Shown here piece by piece: positions 49,319-58,421 of a DNA stretch of 64,000 nucleotides. The notes below the pieces were generated by a model. That model did not search any database, had not been told where the DNA came from, and saw nothing but the letters and a program-made list of their open reading frames with translations. The DNA is taken from NCBI GenBank assembly GCA_963716255.1, contig OY970303.1, positions 7,488,001-7,552,000 of the forward strand, given 5' to 3'. The translations under genes and the position numbers were made by a program. Each line of letters begins with the position of its first letter. Position 1 is the first letter of the stretch. The stretch is from an uncultured Gemmatimonadales bacterium. GTDB lineage: Bacteria; Gemmatimonadota; Gemmatimonadetes; Longimicrobiales; Longimicrobiaceae.

Positions 49319-50329
49319 CTACCGCGCCGCCGCGGGCCACGCGGCGCGGAAGGCCGGGAAGTAGCCGCCGCGCTCGTCCGGGTCGGCCCCCGCCTCCCGG
49401 CAGAGCGCCGCGTACACCTCCGGCCGGTACACCTCGCGGAGGGAGCCCAGCGGGAGCCGCGCGGCGCCGAAGCGCACCTTGAACTCCGCGACCCCGTCGC
49501 CCCGGCGGACCCCGCCCCCCAGGTTGAGGCGGGGGATCCCCAGCGCCCGCAGGCGCATGGCGCCCTCCCACAGCAGCGCCGCCGACCACCCGCGCCCTTC
49601 CGGGAGCGACACGCCGAACAGGTACTCCGCGCAGTGCGGCGTGTGCGCGAGGACGCAGACCGCCTCCACTCGCCCCCCCGCGCCGGCGCCCAGCAGGATC
49701 ACCTCGTCCAGCCCGAGGAGCGCGTCCAGCGTCGGGCGGGAAAAGGCGTACGCCGCCCCGGCCCCCCGGCCGGCCAGGAACGGGCCCACGTGCTCCAGAA
49801 AGAACGCCGCGAGGCGGCCGCGGTCCTCCACCAGCCACCCCTCCGGCGGGCCGGCCGCCCGGAGCTGGCGGCGCCGGTTCTCGGAAAGGGCGGCGCGCAG
49901 GGTCTCCACGCCGCGGTCCAGCTCCAGCACGTACAGGTTGTTGTGCTCCACGTACCGCGGCGCGTCCAGGAGCGCCGGCGGCGCGAAGAGGGGGTTCAGC
50001 CCCACGTAGGCGCATACCCACCCGCGGCGGCGCGCCAGCGCCCTCCACCCGTCCAGGAAGGCGGTGGACGCCGCCCGCCCGGCGAACCCGCCGAAGCCGT
50101 ACGGCGTCACCGCGTCCACGTGCTCCCCCCAGGGGCGCTCCGCCACCGGGCAGACCACCCGGTCCCCCCCGTCCTCCAGCACGGCCAGGAAGGTGGGCCA
50201 GCCGGTCGTGAGGTGCATGGCGTGGCAGCTCGCCCGGGTGTGCGCGAAGGCGTGGGGGACGCCCCGCAGCGCCGCCCGCCACCCTTCCGGATCGTCCAGC
50301 GCCACCAGCCGCGCCCCGGGCGCGCTCAT
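49319..50329 (-). CDS. GNAT/FemAB-like acyltransferase
   Basis: DAVTPYGFGG, LNLGGG..DGVAEFKVRFG, C-terminal YFPAFR. Confidence 0.75.
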   Translation of the reverse strand: MSAPGARLVALDDPEGWRAALRGVPHAFAHTRASCHAMHLTTGWPTFLAVLEDGGDRVVCPVAERPWGEHVDAVTPYGFGGFAGRAASTAFLDGWRALARRRGWVCAYVGLNPLFAPPALLDAPRYVEHNNLYVLELDRGVETLRAALSENRRRQLRAAGPPEGWLVEDRGRLAAFFLEHVGPFLAGRGAGAAYAFSRPTLDALLGLDEVILLGAGAGGRVEAVCVLAHTPHCAEYLFGVSLPEGRGWSAALLWEGAMRLRALGIPRLNLGGGVRRGDGVAEFKVRFGAARLPLGSLREVYRPEVYAALCREAGADPDERGGYFPAFRAAWPAAAR

Positions 50330-51252
50330 GCCGGGGCCTCCGCCGGCGCGGGCGCCGCGGCCGGAGCGCGGTACGCCGGGAAGAACCCGTCCGCCGCGCC
50401 GCGCGGGGCCGCGAGCGCGCGGTACCGGGCCGGGTCGCAGATCCGCCCGCACAGGTACGCCGTGCGCGTGCCCGTGGCCCAGCCGCGCTTGAAGCGCGCG
50501 AGCCCGTCGTCCGCGCCGGGGCGCACGCCCGCGCCCAGCACCAGCCAGCGCGCCCCCGCGTCCGCGAACGCGTCCAGCGCCGTGCGGAACAGGGCGAAGG
50601 CGGCGCGGAGCGCGTACCCCGCCTCCGCGTACGCGCCCAGGTGGTAGTAGACCCGGTCCTCCTGCCGGTACCACAGCGTCATGCCCACCGTGGCGCCGTC
50701 GTGCGCCGCGCGGAGCACCGAGATGCCGGGAACGCCGAGCTGGCGGCGGAACGCCTCGCGCGGGAACGCAGCCACGCCGGTGATCCCGTGCCGCGCCGCG
50801 AGTACGCCATAGAGCGCCACCCACTCGTCCAGCGCCGCAGCGGGCTCGGCGACCGGCTCCACCCGCACGGCGGCGAGCCCGCGGCGCGCGCCGCGGCGGT
50901 GGTGCGCCGAGACGAAGCGCTCCGGCGACTCGCGCAGGTCCGCCACGAAGTGCTCCTTGAACGGGCGCACCAGGTCGGGGAACGCCGCGCGGAGCCCCGC
51001 CTCCCCGCCGTGCCCGCCCAGGGGGTCCGCCACGGCCACCACGCTCACCAGCCCGGCGCCCGCCTCGTCCAGGTCGTCCGCCAGGCCGGACCAGTCCGCG
51101 CAGCACAGCAGCGGGTAGGGCCCCGCCGCGTCGCGCCAGGCCGTCCCGGGGACCTCCCGCTCCACCAGCCAGCCGCCCGAGCGCGGCAGCGCGCGCGGAG
51201 CGCCCGCGAAGCCCAGCGAGGCGGCGTACTCCGGGTGCAGGTAGCCGGTCAC
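50326..51252 (-). CDS. GNAT/FemAB-like acyltransferase
   Basis: DAAGPYPL, YYHLGAY, LGAG..DGLARFKRGW, FFPAYR; coupled to both neighbours by 4-nt overlaps. Confidence 0.75.
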   Translation of the reverse strand: MTGYLHPEYAASLGFAGAPRALPRSGGWLVEREVPGTAWRDAAGPYPLLCCADWSGLADDLDEAGAGLVSVVAVADPLGGHGGEAGLRAAFPDLVRPFKEHFVADLRESPERFVSAHHRRGARRGLAAVRVEPVAEPAAALDEWVALYGVLAARHGITGVAAFPREAFRRQLGVPGISVLRAAHDGATVGMTLWYRQEDRVYYHLGAYAEAGYALRAAFALFRTALDAFADAGARWLVLGAGVRPGADDGLARFKRGWATGTRTAYLCGRICDPARYRALAAPRGAADGFFPAYRAPAAAPAPAEAPA

Positions 51253-52529
51253 GCCGAGCGGGCCGCGAGCTCCTGCGGCGATTCCCGCAGAGCCTCGGTC
51301 GTCCAGGGGAGCAGGGGCCGCACCGCGCCGGGCCACTTCCCGAACCACCCGCCGCGCAGGTCCGGGGCATCCGCCACGTGCACCACCAGCAGGTCGCGCT
51401 GCTCGAACACCACCGCCTCCCGGTCGCGGAACACCCGCAGCTCCAGCGTGTGGAGCCCGTCGTTGAGCAGGTCGCCGGGGATGCGGCACACGTCGCGGTA
51501 CAGGCCGGCGGGGAGCGGGCGCGGCTCCACCGGCGGGCCCGCGTCGAAGATCAGCGTCCCCCCCTCGTCGTACGCGCGCAGGCTCAGGTCCATCCGCGCG
51601 CCCGGCTGCAGGTTCCAGTACTCGATCTCCACCAGCGCGGGGGTGCGCACGTCGATGGGGTCGCCGGGCACCCCGCCCGCGGGCCTCACCCGGGCGGCGC
51701 GCAGGCGGAACTCGTCGTTGCCGGGGGCGCCGTCCCGGTCCGGCCAGGCCCGCTGCACCGTGGACTCCACCGCGTGGCGCAGGTAGCGCGAGACCACCGC
51801 CCCCGACTCGCCCTGGTCCACGACGGCGCCGTCGCGGAGCCAGATCGCGCGCTCGCAGAGGCCCCGCACCGCCGGCATGTTGTGGCTCACGAAGAGGACG
51901 GTCCGGCCCTCGCGCGCCACCTCGCCCATCTTCCCCAGGCACTTCTTCTGGAACGCCGCGTCCCCCACCGCCAGCACCTCGTCCACCACCAGGATCTCCG
52001 GCTCCAGGTGCGCGGCCACGGCGAAGGCCAGCCGCAGGTACATCCCGCTGGAGTAGTGCTTCACCGGCGTGTCGATGAAGCGCTCCACCCCCGCGAACGC
52101 CACGATCTCGTCGAACTTGCGGTCGATCTCCGCCCGCTTCATCCCCAGGATGGCGCCGTTCAGGTAGGTGTTCTCCCGCCCCGTCAATTCCGCGTGGAAC
52201 CCCGTCCCCACCTCCAGCAGCGACCCCACCCGGCCCCGGATCCAGGCGTCGCCCACGGTGGGCTCCGTGATCCGCGACAGCACCTTGAGCAGCGTGCTCT
52301 TTCCCGCGCCGTTGCCGCCCACGATCGCCACCGCCTGGCCGCGGGGCACCTCGAACGACACGTCCCGGAGCGCCCAGAACGCCTCCTCCGCGGAGCGCCG
52401 CCCCGCCAGCAGCCCGCCCGCGGTGCGCAGCCCCTCCATGAACGCCTCGCGCAGCATGGTGGGACGCCGCGCCCGCGCGATGCGGAAGCGCTTGCCCAGT
52501 CCCTCGACCCGGATCGCGAAGTCGCTCAT
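51249..52529 (-). CDS. wzt: Polysaccharide ABC transporter ATP-binding subunit with C-terminal carbohydrate-binding domain
   Basis: FWALRDVSF, GGNGAGKST, YSSGMYLRLAF, VDEVLAVGD, VSH. Confidence 0.93.
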   Translation of the reverse strand: MSDFAIRVEGLGKRFRIARARRPTMLREAFMEGLRTAGGLLAGRRSAEEAFWALRDVSFEVPRGQAVAIVGGNGAGKSTLLKVLSRITEPTVGDAWIRGRVGSLLEVGTGFHAELTGRENTYLNGAILGMKRAEIDRKFDEIVAFAGVERFIDTPVKHYSSGMYLRLAFAVAAHLEPEILVVDEVLAVGDAAFQKKCLGKMGEVAREGRTVLFVSHNMPAVRGLCERAIWLRDGAVVDQGESGAVVSRYLRHAVESTVQRAWPDRDGAPGNDEFRLRAARVRPAGGVPGDPIDVRTPALVEIEYWNLQPGARMDLSLRAYDEGGTLIFDAGPPVEPRPLPAGLYRDVCRIPGDLLNDGLHTLELRVFRDREAVVFEQRDLLVVHVADAPDLRGGWFGKWPGAVRPLLPWTTEALRESPQELAARSA

Positions 52530-52535
52530 TCGTCC

Positions 52536-53372
52536 TCAGACCACGTCCGCGAAGGTCCGCTCCAACCGGCGGAAGTAGAAGGCGCCCCCCGCCAGCAGCG
52601 CCGCCGCGGCCAGCGACGACACCGCCAGGGTGCCGCCGGGCGCCGGGCCGGTCCCCAGGAGCGCCCAGCGGAAGCCCTCCACCACCCCCACCATCGGGTT
52701 GATCCCGTACACCGTGCGCCACGGCTCCGCGAGCAGGCTGCTCGGGTAGGCGATGGGGGTCGCGAAGAGCCACAGCTGCACCAGGAACGGCACCACGTAG
52801 CCCACGTCGCGGTAGCGGACGTTGAGCGCCGAGAGCCAGAGCCCCACCCCCAGGCTGGTCGCCAGCGCCAGCAGCAGCAGCGGGGCGATCCAGAGCGCCT
52901 CCGCCCCCGGAGCGATCCCGTAGAACGCCAGCATCCCCGCGAGCACCGCAAGCGCCAGCGCGAAGTCCACCAGCCCCGCGAGCACCGCGGCCAGCGGAAT
53001 CGCCAGGCGCGGGAAGTACACCTTCTTGAGCAGGTTCTGGCTCAGCACCAGGCTCTGCGTGGACATCGCCAGGCCGTTGGCGAAGAAGGTCCAGGGGACC
53101 AGCGCCGCGAACGCGAACACCGGGTAGGGCACCCCGTCCGAAGGCATCCCCGCCAGCCTTCCGAAGAACAGGCTGAACACCAGCATCGTCGCGAACGGCT
53201 GCAGCACGGCCCACGCCGCGCCCAGCGCCGTCTGCTTGTAGCGCACCTTGACGTCGCGCCACACCAGGAAGTAGAGCAGCTCCCGGTAGCGCCACAGCTC
53301 GCGCAGGTCGGGGATGCTCCAGCCCTTGGAGGCGTGGATCCAGGTGACTTCGGCCGGTGTGTCGGTGGTCAT
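52536..53372 (-). CDS. wzm: Polysaccharide ABC transporter permease
   Basis: ELWRYRELLYFLVWRDVKVRYKQTALG, KKVYFPR, NPM, ERTFADVV. Confidence 0.93.
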   Translation of the reverse strand: MTTDTPAEVTWIHASKGWSIPDLRELWRYRELLYFLVWRDVKVRYKQTALGAAWAVLQPFATMLVFSLFFGRLAGMPSDGVPYPVFAFAALVPWTFFANGLAMSTQSLVLSQNLLKKVYFPRLAIPLAAVLAGLVDFALALAVLAGMLAFYGIAPGAEALWIAPLLLLALATSLGVGLWLSALNVRYRDVGYVVPFLVQLWLFATPIAYPSSLLAEPWRTVYGINPMVGVVEGFRWALLGTGPAPGGTLAVSSLAAAALLAGGAFYFRRLERTFADVV

Positions 53373-53404
53373 TCTCGGGTTCGACTGCTTTGGACTGCGG
53401 GTTC

Positions 53405-53480
53405 GGGCGTGCCCCCGCTGACGCGGGGTCGGGCTTCGGCTCCGTAAGCCCGCAAACAACGCGGGCTAACGGAGTCGAGC
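53405..53480 (+). repeat. Element A copy 11 (3'-truncated)
   Basis: Variable stem AGCCCGC-AAACAAC-GCGGGCT; stops at GTCGAGC and joins directly to B. Confidence 0.9.
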
Positions 53481-53551
53481 GCTGGCGTTCGCTGCGGCCC
53501 CCGCCCGGCTCGCTCGAGGCTCGCCACCCTCCCCCGTTCCGGGGGAGGGGG
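53481..53551 (-). repeat. Element B 3' half
   Basis: GCTGGCG..CCCGGCTCGCTCGAGGCTCGCCACCCTCCCCCGTTCCGGGGGAGGGG; reverse complement of ~20601-20671. Confidence 0.85.
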
Positions 53552-53618
53552 TCGCCGTTCCGCACTCACACACTCCCGCACTGCCGTTCCGCACTCCGCA
53601 CTTCGTGCTCCGTACTCC
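53552..53618 (+). repeat. Degenerate CCGCACT heptamer tandem tract
   Basis: CGCCGTT-CCGCACT-CACACACT-CCCGCACT-GCCGTT-CCGCACT-CCGCACT-TCGTGCT-CCGTACT; overlaps the GT4 stop codon. Confidence 0.7.
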
Positions 53619-54837
53619 TTCCCGCCAGCCCGTCGTACACCGCCTCGTACGCCGCGGCGGTGAGGTCGGGGCCCAGGTTCGCGAGCGCCCAGGCGCGGGC
53701 CGCGTGGGCCATGCGCGCGCGCCGCTCCGGGTCCGCGAGAAGGCGGGTCGCCGCGGCCACGAAGTCGTCGCCGCTCGTGGCGAGGGCGGCGTGCGTGCCG
53801 GGCACCACGTCCAGCCCCTCGAAGGCGAGCGGGGAGCCCACCACGGCCTTGCCGGCGGCAAGCGCCTCCGCGGTCTTCACGCGCATCCCGCCGCCGCGGC
53901 GCAGCGGCGCCACCACCAGGGCGGCGCGGTCCAGGCGCGGGGCCAGGTCCGGCACCCAGCCCGCCACCTCCAGGCCGCCGCCTACCAGCGCGCGCAGGCG
54001 CTCCGGCGGGTCGTCGCCCACCAGCGCAAGGCGCAGCCCGGGGAAGCGGGCGCGCAGGCGGGGAAAGAGGTCGCGCGCCAGGTACAGCGCCGCGTCCAGG
54101 TTGGGCGGGTGCACGAAGCTCCCCACGAACAGCAGCTCCGGCGGGTCCGCGCCCAGCGGGTCCGCCGCGCGCTCCGGCACCGGCGCGGCCAGCGGGATGC
54201 GCGCCACGGGGGTCGCGGCGCCCAGCCGCTCCACGGCGGCGCGGTCCCGCTCCGTGTAGACCACGGCCGCGTCGGCGGCGCCCACCACCCCCGCCTCGTA
54301 GCGCTCCCAGCGGCGGGCGTCCGCCCGCCAGAAGGCGCGCTCCCACCCCGTCGCCGCCAGCACCCGCTCGCGCGCCGCCGGCAGCCCCGGCTCCTGCACC
54401 GTCACCACGCGCAGCGCGCCCCGGTCCTCCACCGCGCCCAGGTACTGGCCCATGGCCGTGGACTCCGCCTGCACCACCTGCGGGCGCCATTCGCGGGCCA
54501 GCGCCCGCACCCCGCGCGCGAAGGCCGCGTCCCACCGCCCCGCGACCCACAGCGGCTTTCCCTCCGCCAGCCGGGGGAGCACCGCCAGCGCCCGCGTCCA
54601 CGGCCGCAGCGACGAGGTGGAGATCCCCGGCCGCCGCCCCTCGACGAGGCGCTCGCAGGCGCGCGCAGTCGCCGGGTCCGCCGGCGGCTCGTCGGCGGCG
54701 CGCAGGTACGCCAGAGCGACGCGATTGCGCTCCGCCAGGGCGCACACCAGCTGGGCCACGGCCCGGCTCCCCCCGTGGCGGCCGTCCAGCCGCGGGGGAA
54801 AGGGCGACAGCACCAGCACGCGCCGGCCGCCGCTCAC
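53566..54837 (-). CDS. GT4 glycosyltransferase
   Basis: LLFVGSFVHPPNLDA, VVAPLRRGGGMRVKTAEALAAGKAVV. Confidence 0.88.
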   Translation of the reverse strand: MSGGRRVLVLSPFPPRLDGRHGGSRAVAQLVCALAERNRVALAYLRAADEPPADPATARACERLVEGRRPGISTSSLRPWTRALAVLPRLAEGKPLWVAGRWDAAFARGVRALAREWRPQVVQAESTAMGQYLGAVEDRGALRVVTVQEPGLPAARERVLAATGWERAFWRADARRWERYEAGVVGAADAAVVYTERDRAAVERLGAATPVARIPLAAPVPERAADPLGADPPELLFVGSFVHPPNLDAALYLARDLFPRLRARFPGLRLALVGDDPPERLRALVGGGLEVAGWVPDLAPRLDRAALVVAPLRRGGGMRVKTAEALAAGKAVVGSPLAFEGLDVVPGTHAALATSGDDFVAAATRLLADPERRARMAHAARAWALANLGPDLTAAAYEAVYDGLAGRSTEHEVRSAERQCGSV

Positions 54838-56321
54838 CGCAGCCCCGCAACGGCGCGCAGCACGCCCAGGAAGGGGCGCTCGTCCGCCGGTCCCGCGGCG
54901 GCGTGCTCGTCGGCCGCGTGGCGCAGCCAGCAGGCGTGGCGGCACAGCTCCGCGAAGGGCGGTGGGATCGACAGCGCGTCCACCAGCCGCGCGCGGCGCC
55001 CCGCCAGCTCCGCAGCCCAGGCGCCGCCCGGCCGGAAGCACTCCGCCCACGCGCGGTCGCGGGCGCGGTAGCCGTGGGCCGCGGCCGCGGCGTCCGTCGC
55101 GGCGTACTCCAGGTCGGCGAGCGGCCACCCGTCCGCCCGCGCCGCCTCCCAGTCCACCACCCCCAGCCCGGCGCCGCCCAGCAGCAGGTTGTGAAGCGTC
55201 AGGTCCCCGTGCGCGGCCACGAAGGGGAGCGGCCGTCCCTCCACCCGCGCGCAGAGCGACCGCACCCGGGCCGCGTACGCGCCGCCGTCCGCAAGCAGCG
55301 GGGCGAGCAGCCGCAGCGGTCCCATCACCTCCCGGTCGATCCGGTCCGCGCCGAGCGGCCGCGTGTGGACGGTCGCGCGGTTCCACGTCTCCAGCCAGCC
55401 AGCGGCGCGCCGCAGCACCACCCTCGCCGCCGCGGGATCCGACCTCGCCCCGTCCGCCGCCCTGCCCCCGGGGACCACCGAAAGCACGACCACGCGCCGC
55501 CCCGCCGCCCGCGCGGTGCCGAGAACCCGGGGGAGGCGGGCGCCCGCCGCCTCGGCCGCGCCACCCAGCCGGGCGATCACCTCCGCTTCGTCGGCCTGCG
55601 CGCCGGCGCGCGCCACCTTGGCGACCGCGGCGTGCGCCCCGTCCGCCCCCAGCAGGTGCAGCAGCACCGAGTCGTCCGCGCCGCGCCACCCGTGCACGGC
55701 GACCACGCCGTCCGGCCCTCCCGCCGGGCCGCCCGCCTCGCCCAGCCAGCTCCACGGCGGGCGGTCCTCCGGGCGCCGCGCCACGAACCCCACCGTCGGC
55801 CACGCTTCCGCGGCGATCCGCCGCCACCCGGGGATCGCCGCCGCCGCGCCCACCAGCCGCCGCAGCGGCGCGGGGAGGGGGAGCACGCCGTGGACGAGGA
55901 GCTGCACCTCGGGGCGCCGCAGCGGGACGAGGAAGCGCTCGGTCCCGCCCGCCGCGAGGTGCGCCACCGCCGGCTCCACCCGCAGGCCGGCCCGGCGGAG
56001 CCGTGCCGCCACCGCTCCCCGCCACCCGCGCGGCGGCAGCACGTACGCGATCCCGTCCACCGCCAGCTCCAGCCGCACCCGCGCCGCCGCGTCCGCGAGC
56101 CACCCGCGCGTCCGGCACTCCGCGGCGTCCGGCGCCAGCCAGAGCAGATCCGCGCCGCGCCCGGCGTCCGGCCGCGGCGCCGCGCGGCGCCGCGACCGCG
56201 CGCCCACCGCGGCCTCGGCACGCACCTCGCCGCCGGGGTGCATCAGCTCCACGGCGCGCAGCGGCACGGCGGCGGCCGGCACCCCGGCCACCGGGAGCTC
56301 CGCGGCAAGGGTCGCCCTCAC
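54834..56321 (-). CDS. APH/choline-kinase-like phosphotransferase
   Basis: AVAKV, AHGDLTLHNLL (Brenner motif), VVDWE; GTGA overlaps at both ends. Confidence 0.75.
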   Translation of the reverse strand: MRATLAAELPVAGVPAAAVPLRAVELMHPGGEVRAEAAVGARSRRRAAPRPDAGRGADLLWLAPDAAECRTRGWLADAAARVRLELAVDGIAYVLPPRGWRGAVAARLRRAGLRVEPAVAHLAAGGTERFLVPLRRPEVQLLVHGVLPLPAPLRRLVGAAAAIPGWRRIAAEAWPTVGFVARRPEDRPPWSWLGEAGGPAGGPDGVVAVHGWRGADDSVLLHLLGADGAHAAVAKVARAGAQADEAEVIARLGGAAEAAGARLPRVLGTARAAGRRVVVLSVVPGGRAADGARSDPAAARVVLRRAAGWLETWNRATVHTRPLGADRIDREVMGPLRLLAPLLADGGAYAARVRSLCARVEGRPLPFVAAHGDLTLHNLLLGGAGLGVVDWEAARADGWPLADLEYAATDAAAAAHGYRARDRAWAECFRPGGAWAAELAGRRARLVDALSIPPPFAELCRHACWLRHAADEHAAAGPADERPFLGVLRAVAGLR

Positions 56322-57232
56322 CGCCCGGTCTCCAGCATGGCGCGGCGCCACGCCGCCACGTCCTCGCGCAGGGAGGCGCGCCGCGCCCCTCCCGCCAGGC
56401 CGAGCGCCGCCGCGTCGCGCAGCAGGCGGAAGAGCATCTTGGCGCGCATCGTCCCCACCCAGAACGCCAACCGCGGCCCCCGGCAGTGGCGCCGGTAGAA
56501 GCGCAGCGTGCTGCGGAAGTGCTGCACCGCCATCCCCGCGCGCACCTGCGACGTGCTCGCCGCGCCCACGTGCGTCACCCGCGCCTCCGGGACGAAGTGC
56601 ACCTCCCATCCCGCCGCGGCCAGGCGGCGGCACAGGTCCACCTCCTCGAAGTACATGAAGAACGACTCGTCGAAACCGCCCGCCTCCTCGAAGGAGCTCC
56701 GCCGCACCGCCAGCGCCGCGCCCAGCGTCCAGGGGACCGCCGCGGCCCGCGCCGGGGGCGAGAAGCGCAGCAGCGCCCCGCGAACCGCGGGGATCCACCC
56801 GATCGCCGGGGCCACCGGGTCGTTTTCCAGCAGCCAGCGCAGCGTGCCGGGAAAGGGAAAGCACGACGCCTGCGGCGAGCCGTCCGGGTCCAGAAGCCGG
56901 GGGCCGGCGATCGCGGCGCGCGGATGCCGGTCCAGGTGGCCGGCCAGCGCCTCCAGGGCGCCGGGCTCCACCCGCGTGTCGCTGTTCAGCACCAGCACGT
57001 ACGCCTCGGCGCAGGCGCGCACCCCCAGGTTCGCCGCCGCGCCGTACCCCGGGTTGCCGTGGCCGGCCAGCAGCCGCGCCTCCGGGAAGGAGGCGCGCAC
57101 CATCTCCACGCTGCCGTCGCGGGAGGCGTTGTCCACCACCACCGTCCGCACGCCGCCCGGGACGGACGCCAGGCAAGCGCGCAGGTGCTCGCGCGTGTCG
57201 TGGTTCACGACCACCACCGCGAGCGGGGTCAT
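56318..57232 (-). CDS. GT2 glycosyltransferase (rhamnosyltransferase-like)
   Basis: VVVDNASRDGS, NPGYGAAANLG, LNSD, GGFDESFFMYFEEVDLC. Confidence 0.9.
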   Translation of the reverse strand: MTPLAVVVVNHDTREHLRACLASVPGGVRTVVVDNASRDGSVEMVRASFPEARLLAGHGNPGYGAAANLGVRACAEAYVLVLNSDTRVEPGALEALAGHLDRHPRAAIAGPRLLDPDGSPQASCFPFPGTLRWLLENDPVAPAIGWIPAVRGALLRFSPPARAAAVPWTLGAALAVRRSSFEEAGGFDESFFMYFEEVDLCRRLAAAGWEVHFVPEARVTHVGAASTSQVRAGMAVQHFRSTLRFYRRHCRGPRLAFWVGTMRAKMLFRLLRDAAALGLAGGARRASLREDVAAWRRAMLETGR

Positions 57233-58419
57233 GGCCGGGGCGTGGCCGCCGCGCGCGCTCCGGGAACGGCGGTCCAGGTGCCCTCCAGCGGCCGGCGCGG
57301 GCACGGCGGCCAGCCGCGGATCCCCAGCGCGTGCTGCGCCTCCACCTCCGGCGGGGCGCCGGGGGCACCCACCATGGTGTGCGCCACGTACCCCGCCGCC
57401 GCGGCGACCCCCGCGGTCAGGTAGTGGAGCAGGTGCAGGGGGATGGCGGCCACCAGGAAGCCGGGGCCCCGCGCGCGCAGCAGGAAGCCGTAGAACCCCC
57501 GGTTCAGCGTGACCATCCCCGCGAAGGTGGCCGCCGACGCGAACAGCCCCGCGTGGGAGAACAGCTCCCCCGCGGCGGAAAGCGTCACCACGGTGAGCAG
57601 CGCCAGCAGCGCGCTCAGCCGCTCCTGCGGGCGCAGGTTGAGGGACCGCATCTCCCCGACCGTTCCCTCCTGGAGGAGCAGCCGCATCCAGGGGACGCCG
57701 CGGCCGGCGAAGTCGGTGGCCAGCATCCCCCCCAGCGTCCAGCGCTTCAGGTGCGTCCCCTGGATCTCCGGGCGCAGCTCGATTCGGTGCCCCCGGCCCC
57801 GCAGCCGCCGCCCCATCTCGATGTCCTCCACCTGCGGGCGGGGGTAGTGCCACTCGTCGAACATCCCCACGTCCAGCAGCGCCGCGCGGCGGATCGCCCC
57901 GCACCCGCTCCAGAACGTTTCCGCGGCGCCGCCGCCCTGCTGGTGCACGTAGTGGTGCAGCAGGTTGCGGAACTGCGACACGGCCCCGGCCGCCGCCGGG
58001 AGCGCGTCATACGAGCCGAAGGCCGCGCTCAGCCCCGGCTCGTCCGCGAAGAGCCGGGCGAAGCGCCCCAGCGTGTCCGGGTGCACCGCCACGTCCGCGT
58101 CCACGAACACCAGCAGGTCGCCGCGGGCGGCCTCGGCGCCGCGGTTGCGGGCGTACGCCGGGCCGTGCGGCCTGCCCGGGAGGCGCACCACCACGTCCGC
58201 GTGCTCGGCCGCCCGCAGGACGCCCGCGTCGGCGCTGGCGTCGTCCACCACCACCAGCTCCCACTCCGCGCGGGGGAGATGGCTGGCGGCCAGCGCCTCC
58301 AGGGTGCGGGGGAGTACGGCCTCGCCGTCGTGCACCGCCACCACCACCGACAGCCGCGGCGGACGGCCGGGGCCGGCGGACGCGGAGTCCCGCGCTGGCG
58401 GAGCGGCGTGCGCGGCCAC
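57229..58419 (-). CDS. GT2 glycosyltransferase with C-terminal TM helices
   Basis: VVVDDASAD, GPAYARNRG, FVDADV, GMFDE, EDIEMG; start codon uncertain. Confidence 0.85.
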   Translation of the reverse strand: MAAHAAPPARDSASAGPGRPPRLSVVVAVHDGEAVLPRTLEALAASHLPRAEWELVVVDDASADAGVLRAAEHADVVVRLPGRPHGPAYARNRGAEAARGDLLVFVDADVAVHPDTLGRFARLFADEPGLSAAFGSYDALPAAAGAVSQFRNLLHHYVHQQGGGAAETFWSGCGAIRRAALLDVGMFDEWHYPRPQVEDIEMGRRLRGRGHRIELRPEIQGTHLKRWTLGGMLATDFAGRGVPWMRLLLQEGTVGEMRSLNLRPQERLSALLALLTVVTLSAAGELFSHAGLFASAATFAGMVTLNRGFYGFLLRARGPGFLVAAIPLHLLHYLTAGVAAAAGYVAHTMVGAPGAPPEVEAQHALGIRGWPPCPRRPLEGTWTAVPGARAAATPRP

Positions 58420-58421
58420 GG

